From positions 1 through 64,000 of IMG/VR virus record IMGVR_UViG_3300017963_000262: 64,000 nucleotides of DNA; one strand, given 5' to 3'. Positions 1-9,644 of this stretch are shown here, one piece after another; position 1 is the first letter of the stretch; every line of letters starts with the position of its first letter. The position numbers and the translations under genes were made by a program. The stretch comes from a virus. The notes beneath the pieces are model-generated. The model saw only the letters and a list, made by a program, of their open reading frames with translations. It was not told the DNA's origin and did no database searches.

Positions 1-15
1 TGAGGTTGGCTGTGG

Positions 16-1923
16 ATGAGTGGTGAGTTAGTCGCTGACTTTTTAATAGGAGAAAAAGTGAATCAATCTAACAAACTTTTAAGTGATATTGTAGCTTTTA
101 GAACATACGCAAAATATTTACCCCATTTAGCTCGACGAGAAAGTTTGGAGGAAACTATTAACCGTAAAATGGTTATGGACCTTGACAAGTTTGGTAGCCT
201 ATCAAAATCTCTTTCAAAAGATATAATGAAAGCTTATAGTATGGTACATGATCTTAAAATTATGCCATCTATGAGAGGTATGCAATTTTCTGGTGAAGCT
301 GTTCTTAAAAATAATATAAGACAATATAACTGTTCTTATCTTCCCATTGACGATGTAAGAGCGTTTGGTGAAACTTTATTCTTACTCCTATCGGGAGTCG
401 GTGTTGGCTATTCAGTTCAAAAACGCCACATCAACCAATTGCCAAAAGTTCAGATTCCGAGGGAAGAAGGACGGTTTATTATTCACGATAGTATTGAAGG
501 TTGGGCACAGGCTATTGATTTATTATTTGATGCTTTCTTTTATAAACGTATTCGTCCAGTATTTGACTTTACTGCTATTCGACCTAAAGGTAGCTATCTA
601 GTAACAACTGGAGCAAAAGCTCCCGGACCAGAACCTCTAAAAGCTATGCTTGGAACTGTTGAAAAAATGTTAAGAAATGCTGAAGGTCGAAAACTTAAAC
701 CAATTGAAGTTCATGATGTTATTTGTCTAATTTCAGATTGTGTATTGGCTGGAGGTATTCGTAGAGCTGCACTAATTTCTTTATTTGATAGAGATGACCA
801 AGAGATGCTTGATTGCAAAAAAGGTGACTGGTGGCAAAAACATCCCGAAAGAGCAAGAGCTAATAATAGTGCAGTTTTACCAAGAGGTGAAGTTACTGAA
901 GAAGAATTTAGATATATTTTTAAGCAATGTCAAGATAGCGGTAGTGGTGAACCGGGATTTAGCTGGACCAGCAATCCTGATTGGGGATTTAATCCTTGTC
1001 ACGAAATTGCACTAAACCCTTGCCAATTTTGCAATCTTACAACTATAAATCAAAGTAGAATAACCACTAAAAAAGAGTTTTTAAGTCGAGTATATTCTGC
1101 AACATTACTAGGAACGCTTCAAGCTGCATATACAGATTTTCCCTATATTAGACCTAAATGGAAACAACAAACTGAAGCTGAAGCTCTTATTGGAGTGTCT
1201 TTTACCGGAATAGCTGATGCTGCAGGAATTATCAAAGCTGATTGGTTAAAAGAAGGCGCTAAACTAGTTTTGGAAGTAAATGAAAAATACGCTAAAAAAA
1301 TAGGGATTAATCCTGCTGCTAGAGCTACAGCAATTAAACCTGAAGGTTCAGCAAGTTGTGTTGTGGGCTCATCAAGTGGAGTTCATGCTAGACATTCACA
1401 ATTTTATCTTCGTCGAGTCAGGATGAATAAAGATGATGCTTTGGCAAATTATTTAACTAGCACTATTCCTGAGCTAGTTGAAGATGATAAATTTTCTTCT
1501 ACAGGTATTGTTGTCACTATTCCTCAGTGTAGTCCTGAGAACGCATTAACTAAAGAAAAAGAAACTGCTTTAGCTTTATTCCGTAGGGCAATGTTATATA
1601 ACCGTAATTGGGTAGCTCCGGGGCATCGAAGTGGAGTAAATAAACATAACGTTAGTTGTACGGTTTCTGTTAAAGAAAATGAATGGGAAGAACTTTGTGA
1701 TGAAATGTGGAGATATCGAGACTTATATTCTGGCATCAGTCTTTTGCCGTTTGACGGAGGAAATTACGAACAAGCCCCATTTGAAGCTTGCAATGAAGAA
1801 ACTTTTAAACAGTATGAAAGTTTGGTTAGCGAAATTGATCTTAAAAAAGTAATTGAGAATGAAGATAATACCAACAGAATTGAGCAAATTGCTTGTGCTG
1901 GTGGTGTCTGCGAGATTGTATGA
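16..1923 (+). CDS. ribonucleotide reductase, single-chain (class II NrdJ-like candidate)
   Basis: 635 aa; catalytic Cys-loop motif SNPCHEIALNPC and C-terminal Cys pair (CAGGVCEIV); no adjacent NrdB-like subunit gene; in-frame TGA at 1-3 fixes ATG 16 as the 5' limit. Confidence 0.6.
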   Translation: MSGELVADFLIGEKVNQSNKLLSDIVAFRTYAKYLPHLARRESLEETINRKMVMDLDKFGSLSKSLSKDIMKAYSMVHDLKIMPSMRGMQFSGEAVLKNNIRQYNCSYLPIDDVRAFGETLFLLLSGVGVGYSVQKRHINQLPKVQIPREEGRFIIHDSIEGWAQAIDLLFDAFFYKRIRPVFDFTAIRPKGSYLVTTGAKAPGPEPLKAMLGTVEKMLRNAEGRKLKPIEVHDVICLISDCVLAGGIRRAALISLFDRDDQEMLDCKKGDWWQKHPERARANNSAVLPRGEVTEEEFRYIFKQCQDSGSGEPGFSWTSNPDWGFNPCHEIALNPCQFCNLTTINQSRITTKKEFLSRVYSATLLGTLQAAYTDFPYIRPKWKQQTEAEALIGVSFTGIADAAGIIKADWLKEGAKLVLEVNEKYAKKIGINPAARATAIKPEGSASCVVGSSSGVHARHSQFYLRRVRMNKDDALANYLTSTIPELVEDDKFSSTGIVVTIPQCSPENALTKEKETALALFRRAMLYNRNWVAPGHRSGVNKHNVSCTVSVKENEWEELCDEMWRYRDLYSGISLLPFDGGNYEQAPFEACNEETFKQYESLVSEIDLKKVIENEDNTNRIEQIACAGGVCEIV

Positions 1924-2646
1924 TAGTTTATACAGTAGAAATGCTCAGATACGGTAATAGAGAAGGACACTCTTACATTATGGGTGTTTTTTCTGATAGA
2001 AAGATTGCAGAATTTGAAGCACAAATCCACATTTTATGGAGAGCAAATAAATATTATGCCGAAATTCACGAAAAAGTAGTTGATGGAGTTGGTAGAGGTT
2101 TAGTGTGTTATATTGACGAAGTTGAAATGTCAGAAAATCAATTAAATCAGGCAATTAAAAAACGTAAAAAGAAATTAGAAAGAAGAGAAAAGGCGAAAGA
2201 AGAATATGCAAAAAGACTTTTATCTAAACAGAACAGCGATTGAGCTGCTAAATGACGCTCAGTTTATTCGAGCACCTAAATTTATGACTTTCGGTAAGTA
2301 TCATGGATATTTGGCCAAATTTGCATTTATTGATGATGAAAACCAAGTGACCTCTTTAGGACGACAATTCCTGATACAATGCTACGAAATCGGCTATCTC
2401 TAATATCCATTCTAGGCTGGCTAGGAGCCTCTCTACTGGCTTTATGTGGTTTACCTGCTGCCATAGACGTAATTGGTAAAGGAACTGCTGAAGGCTATTC
2501 TCAGGCGTTTATTGGCATGTGGTTTGCTGGTGAAGTCTTAACTTTAATATATGTCATCTTAAGGCATGGATTTGACAAGCCCCTAATTTTCAATTACGGA
2601 TTAAACTTGACATTTATCTCTATTATACTGTATTATATGATTTGAG

Positions 2647-3030
2647 GTGAATATGAAAGTCTATAAAAACGAATTAACAGTATCGGTAGATTGTGACGAT
2701 ACTCTAGTTATGTGGTTAGACAATCCATATCAACCGGGTGAAGGTAAAATTGAAATTCGTGACCATGGCGATAAAGAAATTCCATTAAAATTTTTGTATC
2801 CACATAAAAGACATATAGCATTACTTAAGCGATATAAACAGAGAGGTTTTACTGTCACTGTTTGGAGCAATAATGGTTGGCAATGGGCTGAAGCTGTTGT
2901 TACTGCATTAGGTATAGAAAACTATGTTGATAAGGTTGAATCTAAGCCTATTAAAATTATAGATGATTTGCCTTATGATGAAACTTTTCCTAAAAGATTA
3001 TATTTAGATTATGAGGAAAAAAATGAATAG
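2647..3030 (+). CDS. HAD-superfamily phosphatase/nucleotidase-like
   Basis: 127 aa; N-terminal DxDxT motif (VDCDDTLV) typical of HAD motif I; overlaps next gene by 20 nt (coupled). Confidence 0.45.
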   Translation: MNMKVYKNELTVSVDCDDTLVMWLDNPYQPGEGKIEIRDHGDKEIPLKFLYPHKRHIALLKRYKQRGFTVTVWSNNGWQWAEAVVTALGIENYVDKVESKPIKIIDDLPYDETFPKRLYLDYEEKNE

Positions 3031-3850
3031 AGTAGACCGCCAATATTTAGATATTATTGAAGACATTTTTCTTGATGGTCAGGATATTCAGTCTCGTAAT
3101 GCTCAAACTAGACGTATTGTTAATCCTATAGTTAAATTTGATTCGACTCCGCTAGTATCTATTCGTAGAACGGCTTGGAAACAAGCTCTTAGAGAAATGG
3201 AATGGTTTTTGTCGGGATCTAATTATTTACACGATTTGCACGAATCTGTTATTCATTGGTGGCAACCTTGGGCAGATAATCAAGGTAGAATTAAAAACAA
3301 CTATTCAATACAATTTAGAAATGCAAAAGGTCATGGCGGAGTTCCTTTAGACCAAGTTAATCATCTTATCGGTCAATTAGCTTATCGACCAGAGTCGAGA
3401 AGATCAGTAATAACAACTTGGAACACAAACGACATGGTTTGCCCTTCTACACCAATTACAAATTGTCACGGTACAGTTATTCAATGCTTTGTAAATCCCG
3501 ACGATACAGTTGATATGACAATGTATCAACGAAGTGCAGATTTTATGCTTGGAGTACCACATAATTGGATTCAATATTGGGCTTTTCTTCAATATATAAC
3601 AAAACAATCTAATAAATTACAAGAAGACTTAAATCGAAAAGTAGGAAAATTTACTTGGATTGGTGGAGATACACATATTTACGAACAGCACATGGAAATT
3701 GCTAATAAATGTCGGCATACTGAAATATCTCATATCGAGACACCACAGTTGACATACAATCCTACTTCTGATAAATTTAAAGCTGATGATTTCACGTTGG
3801 TAGGAGAATATAAACCTGTTTTAAACGAAAAATTGGATCTTATTGTATGA
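3011..3850 (+). CDS. thymidylate synthase (ThyA) family enzyme, divergent; possibly a dUMP-specific pyrimidine hydroxymethylase
   Basis: 279 aa; alignable by eye to ThyA: YLDIIEDIF..., EWFLSG, catalytic CH (ITNCHGTVIQCFV ~ PCHAFFQFYV), YQRSADFMLGVPHNWIQY ~ YQRSCDVFLGLPFNIASY; Asn in PHN retained, which suggests uracil specificity; DRTGTGT P-loop replaced by SRNAQTRRI. Confidence 0.6.
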   Translation: MRKKMNRVDRQYLDIIEDIFLDGQDIQSRNAQTRRIVNPIVKFDSTPLVSIRRTAWKQALREMEWFLSGSNYLHDLHESVIHWWQPWADNQGRIKNNYSIQFRNAKGHGGVPLDQVNHLIGQLAYRPESRRSVITTWNTNDMVCPSTPITNCHGTVIQCFVNPDDTVDMTMYQRSADFMLGVPHNWIQYWAFLQYITKQSNKLQEDLNRKVGKFTWIGGDTHIYEQHMEIANKCRHTEISHIETPQLTYNPTSDKFKADDFTLVGEYKPVLNEKLDLIV

Positions 3851-4014
3851 AAAAATTTATTTATCAAAATGTAGTTTTTAAGGGAAAGTGGAAACCTCTT
3901 GAAATATTAGAAATGGAAAAGCTTTATGATAAATTTTTTATTGATTTAATTATGAAATTAGAAATAAACGAAACAATTGAATCTGATTTTAGAATTATAA
4001 AAAGGATTAAATAA

Positions 4015-4803
4015 ATGATTAGTGTTAACGGTGAAAAAATCAACGTAACTAAGTTTAGTGACCAAACAAGTCAAGTGTGGAATGTTTCTGGTATTTCAGG
4101 ACTTACAGCAGTTGTAGTTTGGAATTTTGAGCTTGAAAGTGAATTTCTTCATTTAGCTCAATTGAAGACTTTATTAGATAAAAAAGGGATTCGAGCAACT
4201 TTACACATGCCATATTTACCTTATGCGAGACAGGATAAGCCTGTTAATAACCAAAATACATTTGCTTTAATCACTTTTGCTAAATTAATTAATGATTTAA
4301 AGTTTGAGGCAGTTTTTGCTGTAGATCCTCATAGTGAAGTTCCAAAAGAACTTATCAAGAATTTTACTCCTATTATACCTTTCAATTATATTCGTATAGC
4401 AGAAATCCATACACAATCTGATGTTATGTGTTTTCCTGATAAAGGCGCTATGACTAAATATGGTAAATATTTTAAACCTGAACGCTATGTTTATGGCGAA
4501 AAAGTAAGAAATCAACAAACTGGCAAGTTGGAAGATATGAAACTTGTTGGTGATGTTAAAGATAAAAATGTTTTAATTGTTGATGATATTTGTGATGGTG
4601 GAGGAACTTTTTGCTGGATGGCACAGTTGTTGTACGATGCTGGAGCAAAATCTGTTAATTTATATACAACTCACGGTATTTTTAGTAAGGGACTTAGACC
4701 GTTGAGAGAAGCGAAAATTGAGCGTATATTTACAAAAGATGGTGAAATTAGTGAATATCATAAACATATTGTTTATAAACCTATGGAGAATACAGAACTA
4801 TGA
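4015..4803 (+). CDS. ribose-phosphate pyrophosphokinase (Prs) family protein, short form; candidate ADPR-pyrophosphokinase (Adps-like)
   Basis: 262 aa; Prs signature PYLPYARQDKP (~PYFGYARQDRK) and PRPP/PRTase loop VLIVDDICDGGGT; shorter than canonical ~315-aa Prs. Confidence 0.6.
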   Translation: MISVNGEKINVTKFSDQTSQVWNVSGISGLTAVVVWNFELESEFLHLAQLKTLLDKKGIRATLHMPYLPYARQDKPVNNQNTFALITFAKLINDLKFEAVFAVDPHSEVPKELIKNFTPIIPFNYIRIAEIHTQSDVMCFPDKGAMTKYGKYFKPERYVYGEKVRNQQTGKLEDMKLVGDVKDKNVLIVDDICDGGGTFCWMAQLLYDAGAKSVNLYTTHGIFSKGLRPLREAKIERIFTKDGEISEYHKHIVYKPMENTEL

Positions 4804-5063
4804 AATACAGAAAAAAACCTGTAGTTATTGATGCTTATAAATATGAAGGAGATGGATTGGATGCTCTTTCTTGGTCAGCAGAAGTAAGCCCTGATCCAAA
4901 AACACCACTTATAGTTAAACCCGGAATTGGGTTATTTATAGAAACATTAGAAGGTGAAATGCATGTTTCTGAAGGTGATTTTATAATTAAAGGCATTCAA
5001 GGTGAGTTTTATCCCTGTAAACCAGATATTTTTGAACAAACTTATGAAAAGGTGGAAGAATGA
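4800..5063 (+). CDS. hypothetical protein
   Basis: 87 aa ORF, start overlaps upstream stop (ATGA); good coding periodicity. Confidence 0.4.
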   Translation: MKYRKKPVVIDAYKYEGDGLDALSWSAEVSPDPKTPLIVKPGIGLFIETLEGEMHVSEGDFIIKGIQGEFYPCKPDIFEQTYEKVEE

Positions 5064-5350
5064 AGAGATCAAGAACTGAAGTTTTGTTAAATCAAGTTTT
5101 AAATGAAATACACAATGTTCAATATGAATTAGAAAAAAAAGCCAAAATCGGTAAAGATAAAATTCAATATACAATTGATGGAAGAATGCGAGATGGGGCA
5201 TTTAGATCTGATGACCCAAATGGTTATGTTTCATTAGAATTAACTATGGATGAAGAAAAATATATTCTTGATTTACTTGAAAAACATTACGAAGAATTAG
5301 GTTATAAAATAAAAAATTATAAAACATATTTAGAAATTGAGGTAAAATAA
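5060..5350 (+). CDS. hypothetical protein
   Basis: 96 aa, ATGA overlap with upstream gene, ends 1 nt before the Nampt-like start. Confidence 0.4.
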   Translation: MKRSRTEVLLNQVLNEIHNVQYELEKKAKIGKDKIQYTIDGRMRDGAFRSDDPNGYVSLELTMDEEKYILDLLEKHYEELGYKIKNYKTYLEIEVK

Positions 5351-6933
5351 TGAAAGGTTTAATTCCAACGCTTTTATGCGATTTTTACAAAGTCAGTCAC
5401 CGAGAGCAATATCCTGCGGGGACAGAAGTTGTTTATTCGACTTGGGTTCCTCGTTCAGGAAAACATGCCCCGAATATTAAACACGTTGTTGCTTTTGGGT
5501 TTCAGGGATTTATTAAAGAGTTTATGATTGACTACTTTAATGAAAACTTCTTTGCTCGCAACAAAGATGAAGTATTAGCCGAATATAGTCGATATATGAA
5601 GTTTTGTCTTCAAGTTCAAAATCCTGATACAAGTCACATTGAAGCACTACACGATCTAGGTTATTTGCCATTAAAAATTAAAGCTCTTGATGAAGGTACT
5701 CTTGTTCCGTTTCGTGTTCCAATGCTTACCATTGAAAATACAGATTCTCGTTTCTTTTGGTTAACAAATTATTTTGAAACTCTAATGTCTGCAAATCTTT
5801 GGAAGCCAGCAACATCAGCTTCTATTGCTAAAGAATATCGCGATTTATTAGATAGCTATGCCAAAAAAACTACAGGGTCTACCGACTTTGTTATGTTCCA
5901 AGGTCACGACTTTTCAATGCGAGGCATGTCTGGTCTTGAAGATTCTGCTAGAACTGGTGCAGGACATTTATTATCTTTTGTTGGAACAGATACTATTCCA
6001 GCTATTCAATATCTTGAGCAATATTATAATGCGAATATTGAAAAAGAACTTGTTGGTTGTTCTGTAAATGCAACAGAACATTCGGTGATGTGTGCTGGAG
6101 GAAAAGATGACGAATTTGAAACTTATCGTCGTTTAATTGAAGATACATATCCTACAGGAATTGTTTCTATCGTTTCTGATACTTGGGATTTGTGGCATGT
6201 TCTCACTGATACTATTCCTAAACTTAAAGAAAAGATTCTTGCTAGAGACGGTGGACCAGAGTCGTTAGACAAAGTAGTTATTCGACCTGACTCAGGAGAT
6301 CCTGTTAAGATTCTTTGTGGAGATAACGATGCTCCAATGAATAGTCCAGCAAATAAAGGGGTTATTCAACTTTTGTGGGAAACATTTGGTGGAACAGTAA
6401 ACAAAGAAGGATATAAAGAGCTAAATCCTGCGATTGGAGCTATTTATGGTGATGCTATTACTCTTGATCGTTGCGGACATATTTGTGACAGATTGGAAAC
6501 TCAGGGCTTTGCATCGACTAATGTTGTATTCGGTATTGGCTCTTACACTTATCAAATGAACACTAGAGATACTCTTGGATTTGCAATGAAAGCAACTTCT
6601 GTAGTTATCAATGGTGTCGAGATGCCAATTTTTAAAAATCCAGTAACTGATGATGGTGTAAAAAAATCTAATTTGGGCAGAGTTGCTGTTATTGAAAATA
6701 GTGCAGGAAATTTAGTTTGTGTTGACGATAATAGTCATCAATCTGTAGTAAAAAGTGCACAAAACTGTAATTTATTAACCGATGTATTTGTTGACGGTAA
6801 ATTGGTAAAAGAAACAACTTTACAAGAAGTTAAATCTAAGATGGTATCGGAAGAAGATAGAGTTTCAGGATTTAGCATGAGTTTAAAAGCGGCAAAAATG
6901 GAGTTAGAACATGGTATTGGAACTGAAGGGTGA
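5350..6933 (+). CDS. nicotinamide phosphoribosyltransferase (Nampt/NadV) family; candidate nicotinamide ADPR transferase (Namat-like)
   Basis: 527 aa; N-terminus LLCDFYKVSHREQYP matches the Nampt TDSYK.SH..QYP signature; size typical for Nampt-family enzymes. Confidence 0.65.
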   Translation: MKGLIPTLLCDFYKVSHREQYPAGTEVVYSTWVPRSGKHAPNIKHVVAFGFQGFIKEFMIDYFNENFFARNKDEVLAEYSRYMKFCLQVQNPDTSHIEALHDLGYLPLKIKALDEGTLVPFRVPMLTIENTDSRFFWLTNYFETLMSANLWKPATSASIAKEYRDLLDSYAKKTTGSTDFVMFQGHDFSMRGMSGLEDSARTGAGHLLSFVGTDTIPAIQYLEQYYNANIEKELVGCSVNATEHSVMCAGGKDDEFETYRRLIEDTYPTGIVSIVSDTWDLWHVLTDTIPKLKEKILARDGGPESLDKVVIRPDSGDPVKILCGDNDAPMNSPANKGVIQLLWETFGGTVNKEGYKELNPAIGAIYGDAITLDRCGHICDRLETQGFASTNVVFGIGSYTYQMNTRDTLGFAMKATSVVINGVEMPIFKNPVTDDGVKKSNLGRVAVIENSAGNLVCVDDNSHQSVVKSAQNCNLLTDVFVDGKLVKETTLQEVKSKMVSEEDRVSGFSMSLKAAKMELEHGIGTEG

Positions 6934-7381
6934 TATTAGAGAAACTCCAATTCTTTCAATTGCTCACGGAGTTAATTGTCAAGGTGCTATGGGTTCTGGA
7001 GTTGCCAGAGCCTTATTTCAAAAATGGCCTGAAGTAAGAACTGAGTATCTAAAGTTTTACGCTGAAGCAAAGGAAGAAGGCGCAAAACCTGAAGATTTTT
7101 TAGGATGCACAAATAAAGTTGTAACCGATAGAAAATACATATATAATATGTTCACACAACTAGAGTTTGGTCCAGCAGATAAGCAATATGTTGATTATTC
7201 TGCCATTTTAAAATGTTTTGATGATTTACGCTATGAGATGCCTAGAGCAATTGCTGTGCCAAAGATTGGTGCAGGATTAGCTGGTGGGGATTGGAAAGTA
7301 ATTAGAGATATATTAGTCAAAACTACTCAAAAATTAGGCATTGATCTGGTAATTTACAGCTTGACAGATGATAAAAAATAA
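6911..7381 (+). CDS. macro-domain protein (ADP-ribose binding/processing)
   Basis: 156 aa; IAHGVNCQGAMGSGVARAL resembles the macro-domain N..N....GGGV..A motif; overlaps the Nampt-like gene by 23 nt. Confidence 0.5.
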   Translation: MVLELKGDIRETPILSIAHGVNCQGAMGSGVARALFQKWPEVRTEYLKFYAEAKEEGAKPEDFLGCTNKVVTDRKYIYNMFTQLEFGPADKQYVDYSAILKCFDDLRYEMPRAIAVPKIGAGLAGGDWKVIRDILVKTTQKLGIDLVIYSLTDDKK

Positions 7382-7409
7382 TATACATTAATATTTAAAA
7401 GGAGATTAT

Positions 7410-8276
7410 ATGAAAGTTCTATTACTTATTTCGTTTCTATTTATGACAGCTTGTTCAATTGTTGGTCCGGGAGAAAGAGGTGTACGTCTTAAAATGGGTG
7501 AAGCTCAGGATTACGTTTTAGAGCCGGGAGCACATTTTTGGATTCCAGTATTTCGTGGAGTCGCTAAAGTTGATGTTCAAATTCAAAAAAATGAAGTAGT
7601 TACACCATCAGCATCAAAAGACATGCAAGAAATTGAAACAAATCTAGCAGTCAATTGGCATATTGAAGCCGATCAAGTTGTTAAACTTTATAAAAGTGTT
7701 GGGCATGAATATTATATCCTTAATCGACTAATCGTTCCTGCGGTAAATGAAGTTTTAAAAGCCACTAGTGCAAAATTAACTGCAGAAGAGATTTTGACTA
7801 AACGTGTCGAAATGAAAGATGATATTGACAGTAGCCTTCGCAATAGACTTCTAAAATATGGAATTATTATTGACGAAATTAATATTGTTGATTTAACTTT
7901 TAGTAAAGAATTTACTCATGCTATTGAGCAAAAACAGATTGCTGAACAGGAGGCAAAGCAAGCTTACTATTTAGCACAAAAAGTTGCTAAAGATGCTGAG
8001 GGTAAGGCTGTTGCGCAAGTTACTATGGCAAAAGCCGATGCAGAACAAAGAGTTATTGATGCTGGGGCCAAGGCTAAGTCAGAGGTTCTTGCAGCAAAAG
8101 CTGATGCTGAAGCAAAATTATTAAGAGCTAACGCTGAAGCAAAAGCTAACTTAACTGTAGCAAAATCTTTAACGCCAGCACTAATTAAGTATGAAAAAAT
8201 TAAAAACTGGAATGGTCAATTGCCTAAAGTAACAGGCGGTGCAGGAACTCTAATTTCAATTGATGGTGATAAATAA
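7410..8276 (+). CDS. SPFH/band-7 (prohibitin/HflC-like) lipoprotein
   Basis: 288 aa; lipobox LFMTAC; SPFH-like core followed by A/E/K-rich coiled coil; SD GGAGA 8 nt upstream. Confidence 0.5.
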   Translation: MKVLLLISFLFMTACSIVGPGERGVRLKMGEAQDYVLEPGAHFWIPVFRGVAKVDVQIQKNEVVTPSASKDMQEIETNLAVNWHIEADQVVKLYKSVGHEYYILNRLIVPAVNEVLKATSAKLTAEEILTKRVEMKDDIDSSLRNRLLKYGIIIDEINIVDLTFSKEFTHAIEQKQIAEQEAKQAYYLAQKVAKDAEGKAVAQVTMAKADAEQRVIDAGAKAKSEVLAAKADAEAKLLRANAEAKANLTVAKSLTPALIKYEKIKNWNGQLPKVTGGAGTLISIDGDK

Positions 8277-8713
8277 TGAAACTAAAAATTAAAAAAGTTC
8301 ACGAAAAAGCTAAACTGCCCAAGTATGAAAGTGCTGGGGCAGCATGTTTTGATTTAACTGCAGCAACTAAAGAATTTAAAGCTCACAAAATGGGACCAAT
8401 GTTTGAGTACGATACCGGATTGGCTTTTGAGATTCCTGAAGGTCATGTTGGACTAATTTTTCCTAGATCGAGCATTACCTCTAAAACAACTTTATCTTTA
8501 GGAAATTGTGTAGGTGTTATTGATAGTGATTATCGAGGTACAGTTAAATTCCAATTTAGAAGAACTAATCCTGCTTTTCATCAAGATTATCAAGTTGGTG
8601 AGAGAATTGGCCAAATGATGATCTTGCCTGTAGAGCAAGTAGAAATTGAAGAAGTAGAAACTTTGTCAGAAACCGAACGTGGAACTGGCGGATTTGGTAG
8701 TACCGGGGCTTAA
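8276..8713 (+). CDS. dut: dUTP diphosphatase
   Basis: 145 aa; all five dUTPase motifs visible: SAGAACFDL, PRSS, GVIDSDYRG, GERIGQMMI, RGTGGFGSTG. Confidence 0.8.
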   Translation: MKLKIKKVHEKAKLPKYESAGAACFDLTAATKEFKAHKMGPMFEYDTGLAFEIPEGHVGLIFPRSSITSKTTLSLGNCVGVIDSDYRGTVKFQFRRTNPAFHQDYQVGERIGQMMILPVEQVEIEEVETLSETERGTGGFGSTGA

Positions 8714-8931
8714 TGGAAGAACTTGATCCACATGAGCTTTATCATCATAAATTTAATTGGGAAAAAGCTTATAAATACGCTAGAGAAATGGAGGATGGAG
8801 ACATCTTTCCTCCTATTATTGTTAAAAGAGGATTTAAAGGTCACTTAAAAGTCCATGATGGAGCACATAGAACTGCTGCACACAAGCTACTTGGAAGAAA
8901 AAAAATAAAAGCATTTGTTCAGGATGTATAA
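8713..8931 (+). CDS. small ParB/Srx-fold-like protein
   Basis: 72 aa; VHDGAHRTAAHKLLG resembles the ParB N-terminal DG.HR motif. Confidence 0.35.
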   Translation: MEELDPHELYHHKFNWEKAYKYAREMEDGDIFPPIIVKRGFKGHLKVHDGAHRTAAHKLLGRKKIKAFVQDV

Positions 8932-9225
8932 ATGTCTAAAACTAAAAACAAGAGTCGCTCAGAGCTGGAACATGTTCGGGGACAATTGAAAGCTGTTCGT
9001 CGAGAAAATCGACAATTGAGAAAACGTTTAAAAGAGCTAGAAAGACAAGCTCATTTTTATGAGGAAACAATAGATGATGTTGCCGAAGACATAGATCTAG
9101 ATACTTGCCCAAAGTGCCAAAAAGGTCAAACTGTCGTTATAGATTTAAAACATCTAATACTCGTAAGTTGCAATCAGTGTGAATACAAGGAAAGGTTAAA
9201 GCCTGATGGGAAAAAAATTAAATAG
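8932..9225 (+). CDS. hypothetical zinc-ribbon protein
   Basis: 97 aa; CPKCQ...CNQC Cys4 pattern; basic coiled-coil N-terminus. Confidence 0.35.
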   Translation: MSKTKNKSRSELEHVRGQLKAVRRENRQLRKRLKELERQAHFYEETIDDVAEDIDLDTCPKCQKGQTVVIDLKHLILVSCNQCEYKERLKPDGKKIK

Positions 9226-9598
9226 AAAGAGTTGGGTTGTTCAAAGATTGAGACGACTCTCCATGAAGTGGCCACCCAGAAATGCAGTAAAAAAAGCAAA
9301 TAGACGAGAATATTATAAAACTCGCAAAGATGGGTCTAAGTATGCTAAACCCAATTTTGAATATCAATGTAATATGTGTAAAAACTGGTTTGCAGACAAA
9401 GATACTTGCATGGACCATATTATTCCTGTAGTTGACCCTAAAGATTCTGAACAGTATTGTGAACAGGATTTTATTGGTATGTTTGTCATGGGCCTACTAT
9501 CTTACGAAGATAACTGGCAAATTTTGTGTCATTCGTGTCACGATATTAAAACTGAAAAAGAGAATAAAATTAGACAAAAAACTAAGAAAAAAAGTTGA
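9206..9598 (+). CDS. HNH endonuclease
   Basis: 130 aa; CNMC...DHIIP...N...CHSCH HNH/Zn pattern. Confidence 0.55.
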   Translation: MGKKLNRKSWVVQRLRRLSMKWPPRNAVKKANRREYYKTRKDGSKYAKPNFEYQCNMCKNWFADKDTCMDHIIPVVDPKDSEQYCEQDFIGMFVMGLLSYEDNWQILCHSCHDIKTEKENKIRQKTKKKS

Positions 9599-9623
9599 CA
9601 TTTGTCTCAAAATGATATATATT
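9595..9623 (+). promoter_or_regulatory. sigma70-type promoter (TTGACA-17-TATATT)
   Basis: TTGACA at 9595-9600, 17-nt spacer, TATATT at 9618-9623, then SD AAGGAGA and ATG 9645. Confidence 0.45.
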
Positions 9624-9644
9624 ATAGTCTAGTAAGGAGAAATT

